Below, piece by piece: positions 1 to 10,493 of a stretch of DNA of 64,000 bases. The position numbers and the translations under genes are program-made. Position 1 is the stretch's first letter, and each line of letters starts with the position of its first letter. The stretch spans positions 64,244 through 128,243 of the forward strand of contig PFCO01000001.1 in assembly GCA_002772995.1 (NCBI GenBank), given 5' to 3'. Origin of the DNA: Candidatus Niyogibacteria bacterium CG10_big_fil_rev_8_21_14_0_10_46_36. GTDB lineage: Bacteria; Patescibacteriota; Minisyncoccia; 1-14-0-10-42-19. The notes beneath the pieces were generated by a model. The model was given only the letters and a program-made list of their open reading frames with translations. It had not been told where the DNA came from and searched no databases.

Positions 1-794
1 CGTTTTAAAAACGCGTGCCTTTGCACGTGCACTTTGATATACAGGTCTCCCGGAGCGCCATTCGCAATTGCTTCGCCTTGTCCTGTCATCCGTATCATCT
101 CACCATGCTCAATGCCGGGCGGAACGACAACGGTAATCTCTTCTTCGCGCTTTTCAATACCTACGCCTCCGCAGGTTTTACACTTTTTATCGGGGATAGC
201 TCCTTTTCCTTGGCACTCTTTACATTCCTGAAGCATATGCACAGCGCCAAAAAAGGTCTGGCGCTGTTCGCGCACCGACCCTGATCCGTTGCAGGTTTTG
301 CATTGTTCTGTTTTTGAGCCTTCTTCGGCACCCGAACCCTTGCAGATTTTGCATGCGCCGGTCTTGCGGAGTACTATCGTGCGCGTAGCCCCGAATATTG
401 AATCTTCAAACGGGAGCTCAATATCTATTGAAATATCGTGGCCACGCTTCTGGCGCTTGCGCGCTCCGCCCCCAAAACCGAACATACCCTCAAAAATATC
501 TGAAAATCCACCGAAGTCCTGTCCGCCAAAGTCAGCATTCTGCCAGAAATTCGGGTCAAATCCCTGCGAACCCCTGCCCGCGCCGCTAAATGCACGCCCG
601 TACTGGTCGTATTGCGTTCGACGTGTATCATCCGAGAGCACATAGTAGGCTTCGCTTATTTCTTTGAATTTTTTCTCATCCCCCCCCTGTTTGTCCGGGT
701 GGTATTTATGAGCAAGCTTCCGATACGCCTTTTTGATGTCGTCTTTGGAGGCGCCCTTTTCTATGCCGAGAACCTGATAATAATCAACGCTCAT
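1..794 (-). CDS. dnaJ: Chaperone DnaJ (runs off the window edge)
   Basis: Manual translation from ATG 794: [10 protein letters not shown]...[10 protein letters not shown] (J domain, HPD), G/F-rich linker, four CxxCxGxG repeats, GDLYI; follows dnaK. Confidence 0.97.
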   Translation of the reverse strand, partial: MSVDYYQVLGIEKGASKDDIKKAYRKLAHKYHPDKQGGDEKKFKEISEAYYVLSDDTRRTQYDQYGRAFSGAGRGSQGFDPNFWQNADFGGQDFGGFSDIFEGMFGFGGGARKRQKRGHDISIDIELPFEDSIFGATRTIVLRKTGACKICKGSGAEEGSKTEQCKTCNGSGSVREQRQTFFGAVHMLQECKECQGKGAIPDKKCKTCGGVGIEKREEEITVVVPPGIEHGEMIRMTGQGEAIANGAPGDLYIKVHVQRHAFLK

Positions 795-796
795 AC

Positions 797-2704
797 TTAT
801 TTTTGTTCGTCTTTTTTATCGACATCCTCATGCTCCACATCATGCGTTTTTACGCCTCCCTCGCTCGCCGTATCCGCATTACCGTCTTTCTCTTTTTCCT
901 GGGCCTGCTTGTAAAGTACTTCACCAATTTTAGCAAGTGCTTGAGAGAGTTCTTTTGACGCGTTTTCTATCTCCTCCTTAGAGCCGGATTCTTTGAGTTT
1001 CTTTAGTGTTTCTATCTTTGCATTCACATCGTCCCGCACGCCTGCTTCTACCTTATCCCCCGCATCACGCAGTGATTTCTCCGCAGAATAAACAAGGGTA
1101 TCAGCAGCATTTTTGACATCAATGGACTCGCGCTTTTTCTTGTCTTCTTCAGCATGTGCTTCCGCGTCCTTCTTCATCTTTTCTACTTCTTCTTTTGAAA
1201 GCCCGCTTGAGCCCTCGATGCGCACGGATTGAGTTTTACCGGTCGCTTTATCTTTTGCAGACACGCTCAAAATACCGTTTGCATCAATGTCGAATTTTAC
1301 TTCAACCTGCGGGATGCCGCGGGGCGACGGCGGAATGCCGTCTAATATAAACCGTCCGAGCGTTTTGTTGTCACCTGCCATCTCACGCTCTCCCTGGAGC
1401 ACATGAATCTCAACCGATGTCTGATTATCAGCTGCAGTAGAAAATACTTGTGTACGCTCCACCGGCACGGTAGTATTTTTTTCAATAAGCCGCGTCATAA
1501 CGCCCCCGAGCGTTTCAAGCCCCAATGATAAAGGCGTCACATCAAGCAACAGCACATCTTTTACATCTCCCTGTAAAATCCCCGCTTGCACCGCAGCACC
1601 ATCCGCAACCACCTCATCAGGATTAATGGTCTTATTTGGCTCTTTGCCGAATAATTCCTTTACGGCCCTCTGAATAGCAGGCATCCGTGTCTGTCCGCCG
1701 ACAAGAATAATTTCGTCAATTTGGGAAATCTCAAAGCCCGCTTCTTTCACTGCGCGCTTCGTAATCTCAATTGAGCGCGAAATATATTCGCCCACAAGGT
1801 CTTCAAATTTTGCACGGGAAAGTTTTACAAGCAAATGCTTAGGACCGGATGCATCTGATGTAATAAACGGAATATTTATTTCAGTTTCCGGCGTTGAAGA
1901 CAATTCGTGTTTTGCTTTTTCTGCAGCATCCTTTAGCCGCTGGAGCGCAAGGGTATCTTTAGAAATATCAATACCCGAATCCTTTTTGAATTCATCTACA
2001 AGCCATTCAATTATCGTCTGGTCAAAATCATCACCTCCGAGATGTGTATCACCGTCGGTTGATTTTACTTCTATTGTGTCGTTTGAAACCTCAAGCACCG
2101 ATACATCAAATGTCCCTCCCCCAAAGTCATATACTACAATCTGCTCATCATTTTTCTTGTTAAATCCATACGCAAGAGCGGCCGCTGTCGGTTCGTTCAG
2201 AATACGACGGACTTTCAGCCCTGCAATTTCGCCCGCATCTTTTGTAGCTTTGCGCTGTGAATCGTCAAAATACGCAGGCACCGTGATGATTGCTTCTTCT
2301 ATCTTTTCTCCAAGTTTCGCTTCAGCGTCATGCTTGAGCTTCTGGAGTATCATTGCCGACATCTCTTCCGGGCGGTACCACTTTTCGCCCATCTTTACCT
2401 CCACCCCTCCCGCGCTTGATTCGCGCATTTCATACGGCATGAGTTTTTTATCTTTTTGCACCTCCGGGTCAGAAAACTTCCGCCCAATAAAGCGTTTTAC
2501 CGAATATACTGTATTCTGCGGGTTGGTTACTGCTTGGCGCTTCGCAAGAAGTCCTGCGAGCCGTTCGTTTGATTTTGAAAGTGCGACCATAGACGGCGTG
2601 GTACGCGCGCCTTCGGTGCTTTCTAATATTTTGGGCTCTCCTCCCTCAACCACTGCCATTGCGGAGTTGGTTGTCCCAAGGTCAATTCCTAATATCTTTG
2701 CCAT
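797..2704 (-). CDS. dnaK: Chaperone DnaK (Hsp70)
   Basis: [34 protein letters not shown] motifs. Confidence 0.99.
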   Translation of the reverse strand: MAKILGIDLGTTNSAMAVVEGGEPKILESTEGARTTPSMVALSKSNERLAGLLAKRQAVTNPQNTVYSVKRFIGRKFSDPEVQKDKKLMPYEMRESSAGGVEVKMGEKWYRPEEMSAMILQKLKHDAEAKLGEKIEEAIITVPAYFDDSQRKATKDAGEIAGLKVRRILNEPTAAALAYGFNKKNDEQIVVYDFGGGTFDVSVLEVSNDTIEVKSTDGDTHLGGDDFDQTIIEWLVDEFKKDSGIDISKDTLALQRLKDAAEKAKHELSSTPETEINIPFITSDASGPKHLLVKLSRAKFEDLVGEYISRSIEITKRAVKEAGFEISQIDEIILVGGQTRMPAIQRAVKELFGKEPNKTINPDEVVADGAAVQAGILQGDVKDVLLLDVTPLSLGLETLGGVMTRLIEKNTTVPVERTQVFSTAADNQTSVEIHVLQGEREMAGDNKTLGRFILDGIPPSPRGIPQVEVKFDIDANGILSVSAKDKATGKTQSVRIEGSSGLSKEEVEKMKKDAEAHAEEDKKKRESIDVKNAADTLVYSAEKSLRDAGDKVEAGVRDDVNAKIETLKKLKESGSKEEIENASKELSQALAKIGEVLYKQAQEKEKDGNADTASEGGVKTHDVEHEDVDKKDEQK

Positions 2705-2734
2705 AGTATTGTGATAAATATATTAATGTAATAA

Positions 2735-3265
2735 TTATTCTTTTGAGAGCTTTACGCGTGATGCACGGATGACTTTTCCATGCATGCGGTAGCCTCGTTG
2801 TGTCTCTTCGGCGACCGTGCCCGGCGGGGCGTCTGATTCGGTCTCGCCTACGCTTTCGTGTATCATCATATCAAATGGGTCTCCTGCGCGTACTGGAATT
2901 ACTTCTGCTCCCTTCCGGCGCAACACATCTTCAAGCTGGCTCCGTATCATTAAAATTCCCTTTTCTATGTCGCTCCCTTCCGCATGTTTGAGTGCAAGAT
3001 CAAAACTATCAAGTACGGGGAGGATATCATGTACCATGCCTTCCGTTGCAAAGCGTGCGAGCGCCTGTTTCCGTTCTGCTTCGTCCTTCTTGTGATTGAT
3101 AAGGTCGGCTTTTGCGCGCTGCCATCCTTCCAGATACTCTTGTTTTTCCTTTCTGCATGCCGCGAGATCCGTGCGCAGCTTGTCTATCCGTCCTTCTGCC
3201 CTGTCTTCGCCTTCTTCTACGATCTCAATGTCGTCGTCTTCTTTTTTGTGTTTTGCTCGTGTCAT
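2735..3265 (-). CDS. grpE: Nucleotide exchange factor GrpE
   Basis: QRAKADLIN, LPVLDSF, FDMMIHES, QRGYRMHGKVIRASRV; operon position. Confidence 0.96.
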   Translation of the reverse strand: MTRAKHKKEDDDIEIVEEGEDRAEGRIDKLRTDLAACRKEKQEYLEGWQRAKADLINHKKDEAERKQALARFATEGMVHDILPVLDSFDLALKHAEGSDIEKGILMIRSQLEDVLRRKGAEVIPVRAGDPFDMMIHESVGETESDAPPGTVAEETQRGYRMHGKVIRASRVKLSKE

Positions 3266-3930
3266 ATTGATTGTAAAAATCTTCGTATAACATCAGTCGC
3301 CCGTTCGTAATCCATGCGTTTCGGGCCGATAGAAATAATAATGCTTGAGCGCGTCGGCCGCCCTACAACTGAACTAAAATGCGAGCCGTCCGGAAACGGA
3401 TTTTCTTTCCCAATAAATACCTGCGGCGCGCTACTCTCATACTGATAAAAATATTTCATACGGTCATGTGCTTCTTCTACGAACGATGCAAACGCGCGCG
3501 CTACATCATATTCGCGGAATTCCGGCTCATCAAAGAGCTCGTCCATCCCCGCCCACAACACAGAATTTTTATCCAAACTCATCATAGTAAAGAGGCCGGT
3601 CTCTTCCGCAAGCTCGTGGACAAACCGATGAAGCGCGGGGACGCTTTCCGGAAGGCGCTCCTCTTTTTGACGCATTCTCGATTCTTCTGCAAGTATCGTG
3701 TCTACAAAATACCGGTATGCCTTATCTGTAGGAACACGCCCCGCAGAAGTGTGCGGCTGTTCTAAGTACCCCTCGTCATCAAGCCGCATCATTATATTGC
3801 GGACTGTTGCGGGGCTTGCCTTGTAGCGGATGTTCCGCGCAATACGAGCAGAAGACACCGGCTCTGCGGTGTGGATATAGTCCCGGATAACATGTTCCAG
3901 AATTGAAAAATCACGGTCTGTTGCTTCCAT
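3262..3930 (-). CDS. hrcA: Heat-inducible repressor HrcA (short form); start chosen at ATG 3930
   Basis: EPVSS, SPATVRN, LEQPHTSAGRVPTDKAYR, IGPKRMDY; CIRCE directly upstream. Confidence 0.95.
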   Translation of the reverse strand: MEATDRDFSILEHVIRDYIHTAEPVSSARIARNIRYKASPATVRNIMMRLDDEGYLEQPHTSAGRVPTDKAYRYFVDTILAEESRMRQKEERLPESVPALHRFVHELAEETGLFTMMSLDKNSVLWAGMDELFDEPEFREYDVARAFASFVEEAHDRMKYFYQYESSAPQVFIGKENPFPDGSHFSSVVGRPTRSSIIISIGPKRMDYERATDVIRRFLQSI

Positions 3931-3945
3931 TGTTTCCATCATAGA

Positions 3946-3980
3946 CAAATTAGCACTCCCATGTCAAGAGTGCTAATTTG
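3946..3980. promoter_or_regulatory. CIRCE operator overlapping the sigma70 promoter of hrcA
   Basis: Exact TTAGCACTC-N9-GAGTGCTAA at 3950-3976, extended to 13-bp arms; minus-strand TTGACA (3962-3967) in the spacer, TATGAT at 3938-3943. Confidence 0.97.
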
Positions 3981-3994
3981 TATTTTGTACAAAC

Positions 3995-4026
3995 AAAAAG
4001 AGGGATGCTTTGAGCTTCCCTCTTTT
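3995..4026. terminator. Intrinsic terminator after the 4082-4675 ORF
   Basis: AAAAGAGGGA-T-GCT-TTG-AGC-T-TCCCTCTTTT hairpin. Confidence 0.7.
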
Positions 4027-4081
4027 AAGTGATTTTTTATATTTCGTTACAAATTTTTCCCTTTACGATACGGAGCCTCTG

Positions 4082-4675
4082 CTACCTTCTCCCTCGTTGT
4101 CTTCCATGCTGGCGCCTTTGTGAAGCCGAGCCTTTATTCCATGCGCTACTTCTTCCTCGTTCCATCTTACCGTTCTGATACCGCTTTCCTTGGGAGTACC
4201 CCTGGTATTGATGGTGCTTATTACGATTGATGCGCTTATCACGAACCGGCGCTGGAGCTGGGGTGGCAGCAGGCCTAGAATGATCTTTGTGCATTCTTTC
4301 TCTGTATTTTACAGGAAGCCCGTGAGAGTGTTGATGGCTCTTATGATGCCCCTTCCGGCCATGGTGCTTATCATGATGATCTGGCTTCTTGTCTGGGGTA
4401 GTGACAGGCGGCCTTGAGGGACGCTCTCCATGATCTTTGTCTTTCTTATGGTCTTTGTGTTTCTTGCAGTCTTTTTTGGGGTGCTTTTTATGTTTTGGCT
4501 TCTTGTTGGGCGGTGGCACTGGGTCCCCTTTACCTAACTGATGGAGCCACTCCCATGTCAGCATCGTTCCCCCTGTTTCCGTCTGATACGCATTTGCGCC
4601 AAACGAAAATGTGAGAGCAAGCATAAAAACCAACAGAAAAAACTGAATACTTCTCTTAGCAAACTCATACACCAT
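4082..4675 (-). CDS. Orphan secreted or membrane-anchored His/Lys/Pro-rich low-complexity protein
   Basis: Hydrophobic N-terminus ending ANA, then basic disordered tracts; GGAGGAGG SD, own promoter and terminator. Confidence 0.75.
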   Translation of the reverse strand: MVYEFAKRSIQFFLLVFMLALTFSFGANAYQTETGGTMLTWEWLHQLGKGDPVPPPNKKPKHKKHPKKDCKKHKDHKKDKDHGERPSRPPVTTPDKKPDHHDKHHGRKGHHKSHQHSHGLPVKYRERMHKDHSRPAATPAPAPVRDKRINRNKHHQYQGYSQGKRYQNGKMERGRSSAWNKGSASQRRQHGRQRGRR

Positions 4676-4726
4676 AATAACCTCCTCCGTACTCTGTATT
4701 TTTTAATGCACAAATGTATAGTGCGA

Positions 4727-4755
4727 ATTATATAGTATATATAAAAAAATGTCAA
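4727..4755 (-). promoter_or_regulatory. Consensus sigma70 promoter for the orphan gene
   Basis: TTGACA-17-TATAAT on the minus strand. Confidence 0.85.
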
Positions 4756-4798
4756 GAGTATGCGCTCTTGGCTCTATTCATAGAAATGTGCGCATACA

Positions 4799-4830
4799 TA
4801 AACGGCTCACACCCCCGTGTGAGCCGTTTA
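4799..4830. terminator. Terminator hairpin after rpsI
   Basis: TAAACGGCTCACAC-CCCC-GTGTGAGCCGTTTA, perfect 14-bp stem. Confidence 0.75.
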
Positions 4831-4852
4831 TTTTTCCTCCAAGTGCGCTAGA

Positions 4853-5269
4853 CTACCGCTTGCTCCACTGTGGAGCTTTTCTTGCCTTTTTCAGTCCAAA
4901 TTTTCTTCGTTCTTTCACTCGCGGGTCGCGCTTTAAAAATCCAGGCCGCTTGAGTTTTTTACGGATACTTTCGTCTTCTTTTACAAGAGCACGCGCAATC
5001 GCATGGCGGATGGCTTCTGCCTGCCCCCGTATGCCGCCTCCCTGTACTTTTATCGTAATGCGGTACCCGCTTGTTTTTTTGAGCTTTTCTAACGGCTCAA
5101 ACACCGCCCGCTGTAATTCATCAATTGAAAAGAATTTTTCTACCGGCTTGTCGTTAATGGTGATGTGTACTTTTTTTTGCTTATCGTCGGCAAAAACGCG
5201 AGCGCGTGCACTTGCGGTCTTCCGCCGTCCTACGGTTTCGATGTATGTTTCTTTTACTGCTGTAGGCAT
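4853..5269 (-). CDS. rpsI: 30S ribosomal protein S9
   Basis: [35 protein letters not shown]. Confidence 0.98.
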   Translation of the reverse strand: MPTAVKETYIETVGRRKTASARARVFADDKQKKVHITINDKPVEKFFSIDELQRAVFEPLEKLKKTSGYRITIKVQGGGIRGQAEAIRHAIARALVKEDESIRKKLKRPGFLKRDPRVKERRKFGLKKARKAPQWSKR

Positions 5270-5273
5270 ACTA

Positions 5274-5642
5274 TTATTTTTCTATCGTAAGATATTTAAT
5301 AAATTGCTTTCTCAGTTTGTTTTTCGGGAGCATGCCCCATACGGCAGTACGGATAATTTCGGTAGGGTCTTTTTCAAGTTGTTCCTCGTATGTGCGCTTT
5401 TTGAGCCCTGACGGATACCCGGTGAAACGGGTGTATATTTTTTGCTTTTGCTTCTGACCCGAAACTTTTACCTTTGAAGCATTCGTGATTTTTACCGGTA
5501 CCGGCTTTAATTCGTGGCGTTCATAGGATGGCTTATCCTTGCCCATGAGGGTATACGCGATACGCGTCGCAAGACGGCCCAAAATCTGGCCTTCGGCATC
5601 AATGATTATTTCTTCCTGTTTTGTCGGTGTGTCTGTTTTCAT
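5274..5642 (-). CDS. rplM: 50S ribosomal protein L13 (short)
   Basis: [36 protein letters not shown]; start at ATG 5642. Confidence 0.96.
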   Translation of the reverse strand: MKTDTPTKQEEIIIDAEGQILGRLATRIAYTLMGKDKPSYERHELKPVPVKITNASKVKVSGQKQKQKIYTRFTGYPSGLKKRTYEEQLEKDPTEIIRTAVWGMLPKNKLRKQFIKYLTIEK

Positions 5643-5646
5643 ATGA

Positions 5647-5994
5647 TTATACAAGCTCAATGACCGCCATTCGGGCACTGTCCCCCTTGCGCGGATTTGC
5701 TTTCATGATGCGGGTATACCCGCCGTTCCGCTCTTTGTAGCGGGGACCTACGACTTCAAATAATTGCTTAACCGCGCGGTTATCAAGCGACTCTGCTGCG
5801 CGCCGCCGTGCAACGACAGAACCGGTCCGCGCCTTTGTTATCATCTTTTCGGCATCTATCCGCAGCACCTTTGCCTTTGCCTCGGTGGTCTTTATCTTGC
5901 CCGAAAGAATAAGTGAGCGAAGCAAACTCCGGCGGAGAGCATTCCGCGAATTTCGTTTTCTTCCTAAAATTTTTCCCTTCTTTCGGTGTCGCAT
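5647..5994 (-). CDS. rplQ: 50S ribosomal protein L17
   Basis: MRHRK, IKTTEAKAK, RNGGYTRI, RKGDSARMAVIELV. Confidence 0.98.
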   Translation of the reverse strand: MRHRKKGKILGRKRNSRNALRRSLLRSLILSGKIKTTEAKAKVLRIDAEKMITKARTGSVVARRRAAESLDNRAVKQLFEVVGPRYKERNGGYTRIMKANPRKGDSARMAVIELV

Positions 5995-5999
5995 AATAA

Positions 6000-6980
6000 T
6001 TATTCCCTCAATGTAAGACCCATGCCGTCAAGAACCTGCTTGATATCCTCTACCGCCTTCTCTCCGATACCTTCGAGCTTCATGAGGTCCTCAGGGGTCT
6101 TTTTTACCAAACCGCCGACGGTACGGATGCCTGCGTGCGAAAGCGCATTCAATACGCGTCCTGAAAAGTTCAGCTCTTCAATGCGCACTTTCAATACATC
6201 AGACAAATCGCCTTCTTGGCCCGCACCCTCGTCTTTATCTTCTTCCTTGCTGTCTATTTTTTCTTCAATAATTGGCGTTTCTTCCTCCTCAACAAATCCG
6301 ATAATTGCCTTTAGCTGCTCTATCATGATGGTAATTGATTTTTCGAGCGCTTCGCGCGGGGTGAGTGTGCCGTCAGTCTCAATGGTTATACGGAGCCGGT
6401 TAAAGTCTGTCCGGTCGCCCACACGCATGTTCTCTACTTCGTAACGGACACGCCGTATCGGAGTGAACACCGCATCAAGCATCATGGAGCCGATGTCCAT
6501 CTTTTTCTTTTGCTGTGCCGCGTCATGCGCGCGGTACCCGAGTCCCTTTTCTACAGTTACTTCCATAGAGATAGAACTTTCCTTATCCGTAAGAGTTGCA
6601 ATCATGAGTTCCGGATTTGCGAGCTCAAGCTGAGTCGGGACCTTAAAGTCTTTTGCCGTAATCTCCTTCGCACCCTTTACCTGAAGGGTAAGTTTTTGCG
6701 GCTCATCTGAATGCGCTTTCACGCGGAGCTGTTTTAGGTTCAGGAGAATAGTAACAACATCTTCTTTTACGCCGTCGATTGTTGAGAACATGTGCTTTAC
6801 TCCTTCTATTTTTACTTCAGTCGCGGCAGCGCCCGGCAAAGATGACAACAGAATGCGGCGTAACGCATTGCCAAATGTGTGGCCATACCCGGGATACAAG
6901 CCGTCTATTTCGTACACCCCTGTCATTTTCTCTTCGGAAATAACGCGGGGTTTTGATGGCAGTATGATTGATTTATCCAT
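6000..6980 (-). CDS. rpoA: RNA polymerase alpha subunit
   Basis: GYGHTFGNALRRILLSSLPG, GVKEDV, RVGDRTDF, alpha-CTD. Confidence 0.98.
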   Translation of the reverse strand: MDKSIILPSKPRVISEEKMTGVYEIDGLYPGYGHTFGNALRRILLSSLPGAAATEVKIEGVKHMFSTIDGVKEDVVTILLNLKQLRVKAHSDEPQKLTLQVKGAKEITAKDFKVPTQLELANPELMIATLTDKESSISMEVTVEKGLGYRAHDAAQQKKKMDIGSMMLDAVFTPIRRVRYEVENMRVGDRTDFNRLRITIETDGTLTPREALEKSITIMIEQLKAIIGFVEEEETPIIEEKIDSKEEDKDEGAGQEGDLSDVLKVRIEELNFSGRVLNALSHAGIRTVGGLVKKTPEDLMKLEGIGEKAVEDIKQVLDGMGLTLRE

Positions 6981-7017
6981 ATATGAAAAACTCTGAATGA
7001 TAATACATTATTAAAAA

Positions 7018-7638
7018 TTAACGCGAATAAAATTCCATGACATTGTTCAGGTTCGCCGGAATATCGAAGACATCAATATGCGGCATCCCTTTGACTGTTC
7101 CGGTGAATGTCTTTTTGTCCAACAAAAGCCACCCTGCAACGGCATGATTTTTTAAGCGGATTTCAAGATCAGCAAACAATCCCTTCCCTTGGCTTTGCGG
7201 ACGCAACGATACCACATCGCCTTCCCGTACCTGGAATGACGGGATATTCACCCGTCTGCCGTTTACATGGATATGTCCATGCGAAACAATCTGGCGTGCC
7301 TGTGAGCGCGATGTTGCCAACCCCAAGCGGTACACGACATTATCCAGCCGCTTTTCTAAAAAGGCTACCAAGCGGTTTGAACTCATGCCATCTTTTACCA
7401 CCATTGCTTTCATGACATAGTTACGGAATTGTCGCTCCCGAAGCCCATACGAAAACTTCACCACCTGCTTTTCTTTGAGCTGGGTTCCGTACTCGGATAA
7501 TCCGCGGCGCCGTCCTCCTCTGCCTCGTCCCGGAGCGGTTCCCGGCGGATAGGGCTTTCGCTTCACGGCACAGCGTTCGCGGCCGCATACCGAAACTCCT
7601 AATCGTCTGCATTTTTTACATGTAATGATGGTTGCCAT
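7018..7638 (-). CDS. rpsD: 30S ribosomal protein S4
   Basis: CKKCRR...C zinc motif, [29 protein letters not shown]. Confidence 0.98.
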   Translation of the reverse strand: MATIITCKKCRRLGVSVCGRERCAVKRKPYPPGTAPGRGRGGRRRGLSEYGTQLKEKQVVKFSYGLRERQFRNYVMKAMVVKDGMSSNRLVAFLEKRLDNVVYRLGLATSRSQARQIVSHGHIHVNGRRVNIPSFQVREGDVVSLRPQSQGKGLFADLEIRLKNHAVAGWLLLDKKTFTGTVKGMPHIDVFDIPANLNNVMEFYSR

Positions 7639-7652
7639 ACAAATATAAATTA

Positions 7653-8087
7653 TTATACGCGGCGCGGCTTTGGCGCTTTCGGTCCGTTGTGCGGGATTGG
7701 CGTTACATCGCGTATTGCGTCAACGCCTATACCGGAACCAATAAGCGTACGGATTGCTGACTCGCGTCCCGCGCCCACTCCTTTTACAAAAATATCAATA
7801 TGGGAAACCCCCACCATTTTCGCCTTCTCAACAATAAGCTCAACTACTTTTGATGCCGCGTACGGCGTGCCTTTGCGTGCGCCCTTAAACCCCATAGCGC
7901 CCGCAGTTGACCAGATGAGCATGTTGCCCTTTTCATCAGAAAATCCGACCATCGTATTGTTATACGTAGCCTGGATATGCACATGCCCCTTTTCGAGCTT
8001 GCGCTTTGGGAGCCTGCTCAACGCGCGGGATTTTAAATCCGCGTTCACGCCGCTTCCTGATTTTCTTGCTATACGCTTTTTACCCAT
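7653..8087 (-). CDS. rpsK: 30S ribosomal protein S11
   Basis: [28 protein letters not shown]. Confidence 0.98.
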   Translation of the reverse strand: MGKKRIARKSGSGVNADLKSRALSRLPKRKLEKGHVHIQATYNNTMVGFSDEKGNMLIWSTAGAMGFKGARKGTPYAASKVVELIVEKAKMVGVSHIDIFVKGVGAGRESAIRTLIGSGIGVDAIRDVTPIPHNGPKAPKPRRV

Positions 8088-8088
8088 A

Positions 8089-8475
8089 TTACTTCTTCTC
8101 TAATTTTCGCTTACCGGAACCCATGGTCTGGCGGACATTTCCTCTGCGGGTCCGTGAATTTGTTTTTGTACGCTGTCCGTGCACGGGCAGATTTCTCATG
8201 TGGCGAGTGCCCCGATATGCTTTAATGTCTTTTAATCGCTTTATGTTCGTACGAATGTCGCGGCGCAAGTCTCCTTCTATCGTCATCTGTCCCTCAATAA
8301 TCGCACGGAGGCGATTTACTTCATCAGGAGTTAATTCAGAGACTTTCTTATCCACACCTATCTTTGCCGATTCCGCAATACGACGCGCCAAAGAACGCCC
8401 AATGCCATAAATGGAAGGTAGCGCAAATTCTATTCTTTTATTTTCAGGAATTTCTACTCCTGCAATGCGTGGCAT
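8089..8475 (-). CDS. rpsM: 30S ribosomal protein S13
   Basis: RIAGVEIP, IYGIG, EGDLRR, LPVHGQRTKTNSRTR. Confidence 0.98.
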   Translation of the reverse strand: MPRIAGVEIPENKRIEFALPSIYGIGRSLARRIAESAKIGVDKKVSELTPDEVNRLRAIIEGQMTIEGDLRRDIRTNIKRLKDIKAYRGTRHMRNLPVHGQRTKTNSRTRRGNVRQTMGSGKRKLEKK

Positions 8476-8486
8476 ATGTGTTTTAT

Positions 8487-8600
8487 TTATCCTTGCCGTT
8501 GTTTATGTTTTGGATTTTTGCAAATAACACGCACTCTTCCCTTGCGTCGTATAACTTTACAATCACTACAAATTTTCTTTACTGATGCGCGTACTTTCAT
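8487..8600 (-). CDS. rpmJ: 50S ribosomal protein L36 (below the ORF-track length cutoff)
   Basis: Manual translation [37 protein letters not shown]. Confidence 0.98.
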   Translation of the reverse strand: MKVRASVKKICSDCKVIRRKGRVRVICKNPKHKQRQG

Positions 8601-8606
8601 ATGTTT

Positions 8607-8834
8607 TTACATTCGCTGAATGATTCTCCCCTTTGCAGAGTCGTAATCGTCCATTTCCATCTTTACCTTATCGCCAACCAATACCTTAATGCGATACATC
8701 CGCATCTTCCCCGACAAATGAGCAAAAACAAGGCCTTCGCCGCCTTCTACATCAACACGGAATGTAGCATTTGGCAAGGCCTCAACAACAACTCCTGTCT
8801 TTATTTCCTTCTCTTTTCTTCCTTCTTTTGTCAT
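8607..8834 (-). CDS. infA: Translation initiation factor IF-1
   Basis: [29 protein letters not shown]. Confidence 0.97.
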   Translation of the reverse strand: MTKEGRKEKEIKTGVVVEALPNATFRVDVEGGEGLVFAHLSGKMRMYRIKVLVGDKVKMEMDDYDSAKGRIIQRM

Positions 8835-8849
8835 TCAATGAATAAGAAT

Positions 8850-8878
8850 AGTGTAGATAAAATGATAAATAAAGTCAA
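8850..8878 (-). promoter_or_regulatory. Sigma70 promoter of the infA-rpoA-rpsI operon
   Basis: TTGACT-17-TACACT, 15 nt before the infA ATG. Confidence 0.7.
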
Positions 8879-8991
8879 TAACCACGCTCTCCGTGGCCAA
8901 AAAGCCTTATTTTCTATGCTTTTATGCTATCACGCCAAAATATAATACAAAAGAAGCCCACAGGCTCCTCCCTTCTGCTGCCGAAAGCATA

Positions 8992-10461
8992 CTAAGGGGA
9001 ATCAAACAGCCGCCGCTCAATGATAATTTTATCGGTGTTATTTGGGAATACTCGCCACCATGACGGGAAAAACGAGATTGCCGCTTCTTCTATAGATGCG
9101 TACTGTGAAAATATACGCACCTGTTTTCGGTAATCAGCATGCGCCAAGGCGGAGGTAAGGCCGTCATAGTCAATATGCCACGCAACATGCGCAAGACCCT
9201 GAATGCGAAGCGTCATGGTTCCTGCGTCAAAATCAACATCTTCGGTACTATATGACAGGTCATGGACGTTTACGATATCAAATGCCTCCGGATCGGTATC
9301 ATCTTTCGCAAGATACTTATTGATTATCTCTGCTTCTATTGTTTCAAAAGAGACCGCAAGGCCGTCTAGCCGAAGCGACATGTTAAGCGTGAGCTGGTCT
9401 GCAGGCTTGCCAATATCGGCAGAAAAATCTTTCGCAATGGTTGTGATTCGGGATGCGCCTGCCGGGATCAAAAGACCCTCGGGAAGCTCGTTTGTCGCCT
9501 GCCGTTTCAGTTCTTCGGATAGCTGAGTCTGGAGCGATGAAGAAAGATCCGCCGCATCTTTTTCTGTTACTACGCGCGTTTTTCCTTTAAACCCGCCGGT
9601 CATGCCGGCAAATGAACGCGCATAGAATTTATCAAACCGCGGAGAGCCTTTAAATCCGGGGATAGTGAATTCGGCGGGACCAATATTATATTCTTCGCCC
9701 GGCTCGTCGGCGTACACTATCACTTCAATAGAGGACGCCTCTATCGTCCCATCTTTTACATTGGCGCCGGGCACAGTTACTTGTTCAGCAATACGGTATA
9801 TCTTTCCATCTTCCGTTTCAAACCGCGTACGCCTAACAAGCACCTGCGGGTCAGAGCTGAATTCGTTGTAGATGGTCAGCTTGCCCGAAGCCTTTTCCTC
9901 CACATCTTTTTCTCCCTGCGTTTCTGCCCTTCCCTCTATCGTTTCTTCAAGATGGACTGTCTCCACTCGCGCCCCCGTGCTCTCGCTTGCAGAAAACTTT
10001 ACCAAGGTATCAATATTAAAAAACTCCTGATGAGGCGTTACCGCAACCGTCACGCCGGACATCATATCAACAATAAGCAAAAACAGCGTGAACGCAAGAA
10101 CGCCGTATAAAATAAAAAATGGACGCGTACCATACCATCGGCGAGTGCCGTTTCCTTGCGGCTCTGAACGCTTCCGCTTTGTTGTTTTCGGCTTGAATGA
10201 TTTTTGTGTATGCGCAGGCTTCATCTTTGCAAAGAAAGAATCCGCCTTTACGGTATGCGCCTCTGTTTTAACCACGGATACCGGCGCAGAAAAATCTTCT
10301 TGTTTTTCTGCAAAAGAAACCTTTGGCTCTTCTTCTTTTTTCGGTGCTACCCGCCGTATCGGAATATGCGCGCCCGGTTTTGATACGCCCGAAGAAGCCG
10401 TTTTTTTAACGACCATATCGTGCATGAGGGGCTTTTTGTTGTTATGAGGAGATGGTGTCAT
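8992..10461 (-). CDS. Single-pass membrane protein with a baseplate-J-like extracytoplasmic domain
   Basis: Basic disordered N-terminus, one TM helix, then ASGKLTIYN...VTVPG...ADEPGEEYNI pattern. Confidence 0.6.
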   Translation of the reverse strand: MTPSPHNNKKPLMHDMVVKKTASSGVSKPGAHIPIRRVAPKKEEEPKVSFAEKQEDFSAPVSVVKTEAHTVKADSFFAKMKPAHTQKSFKPKTTKRKRSEPQGNGTRRWYGTRPFFILYGVLAFTLFLLIVDMMSGVTVAVTPHQEFFNIDTLVKFSASESTGARVETVHLEETIEGRAETQGEKDVEEKASGKLTIYNEFSSDPQVLVRRTRFETEDGKIYRIAEQVTVPGANVKDGTIEASSIEVIVYADEPGEEYNIGPAEFTIPGFKGSPRFDKFYARSFAGMTGGFKGKTRVVTEKDAADLSSSLQTQLSEELKRQATNELPEGLLIPAGASRITTIAKDFSADIGKPADQLTLNMSLRLDGLAVSFETIEAEIINKYLAKDDTDPEAFDIVNVHDLSYSTEDVDFDAGTMTLRIQGLAHVAWHIDYDGLTSALAHADYRKQVRIFSQYASIEEAAISFFPSWWRVFPNNTDKIIIERRLFDSP

Positions 10462-10493
10462 ATGCCAAAAATGAGGGGCTTTTTTTAATAGTA

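Noticed and set aside
15-2714. Plus-strand ORFs over dnaJ and dnaK, and similar antisense ORFs throughout the window
   Set aside because: Shadow frames of well-supported minus-strand genes, with no motifs
3961-4759. 11-bp direct repeat ATGTCAAGAGT (3961-3971, 4749-4759) flanking the His-rich gene, as a target-site duplication
   Set aside because: Both copies contain a -35 box, and excision would destroy the right arm of CIRCE; a shared promoter sequence explains it
8348-8356. Perfect DnaA box TTATCCACA
   Set aside because: A single copy inside rpsM coding sequence; compatible with chance
8992-10461. Prophage or contractile injection system suggested by the baseplate-like domain
   Set aside because: No sheath, tube, spike, terminase or capsid genes; the context is housekeeping
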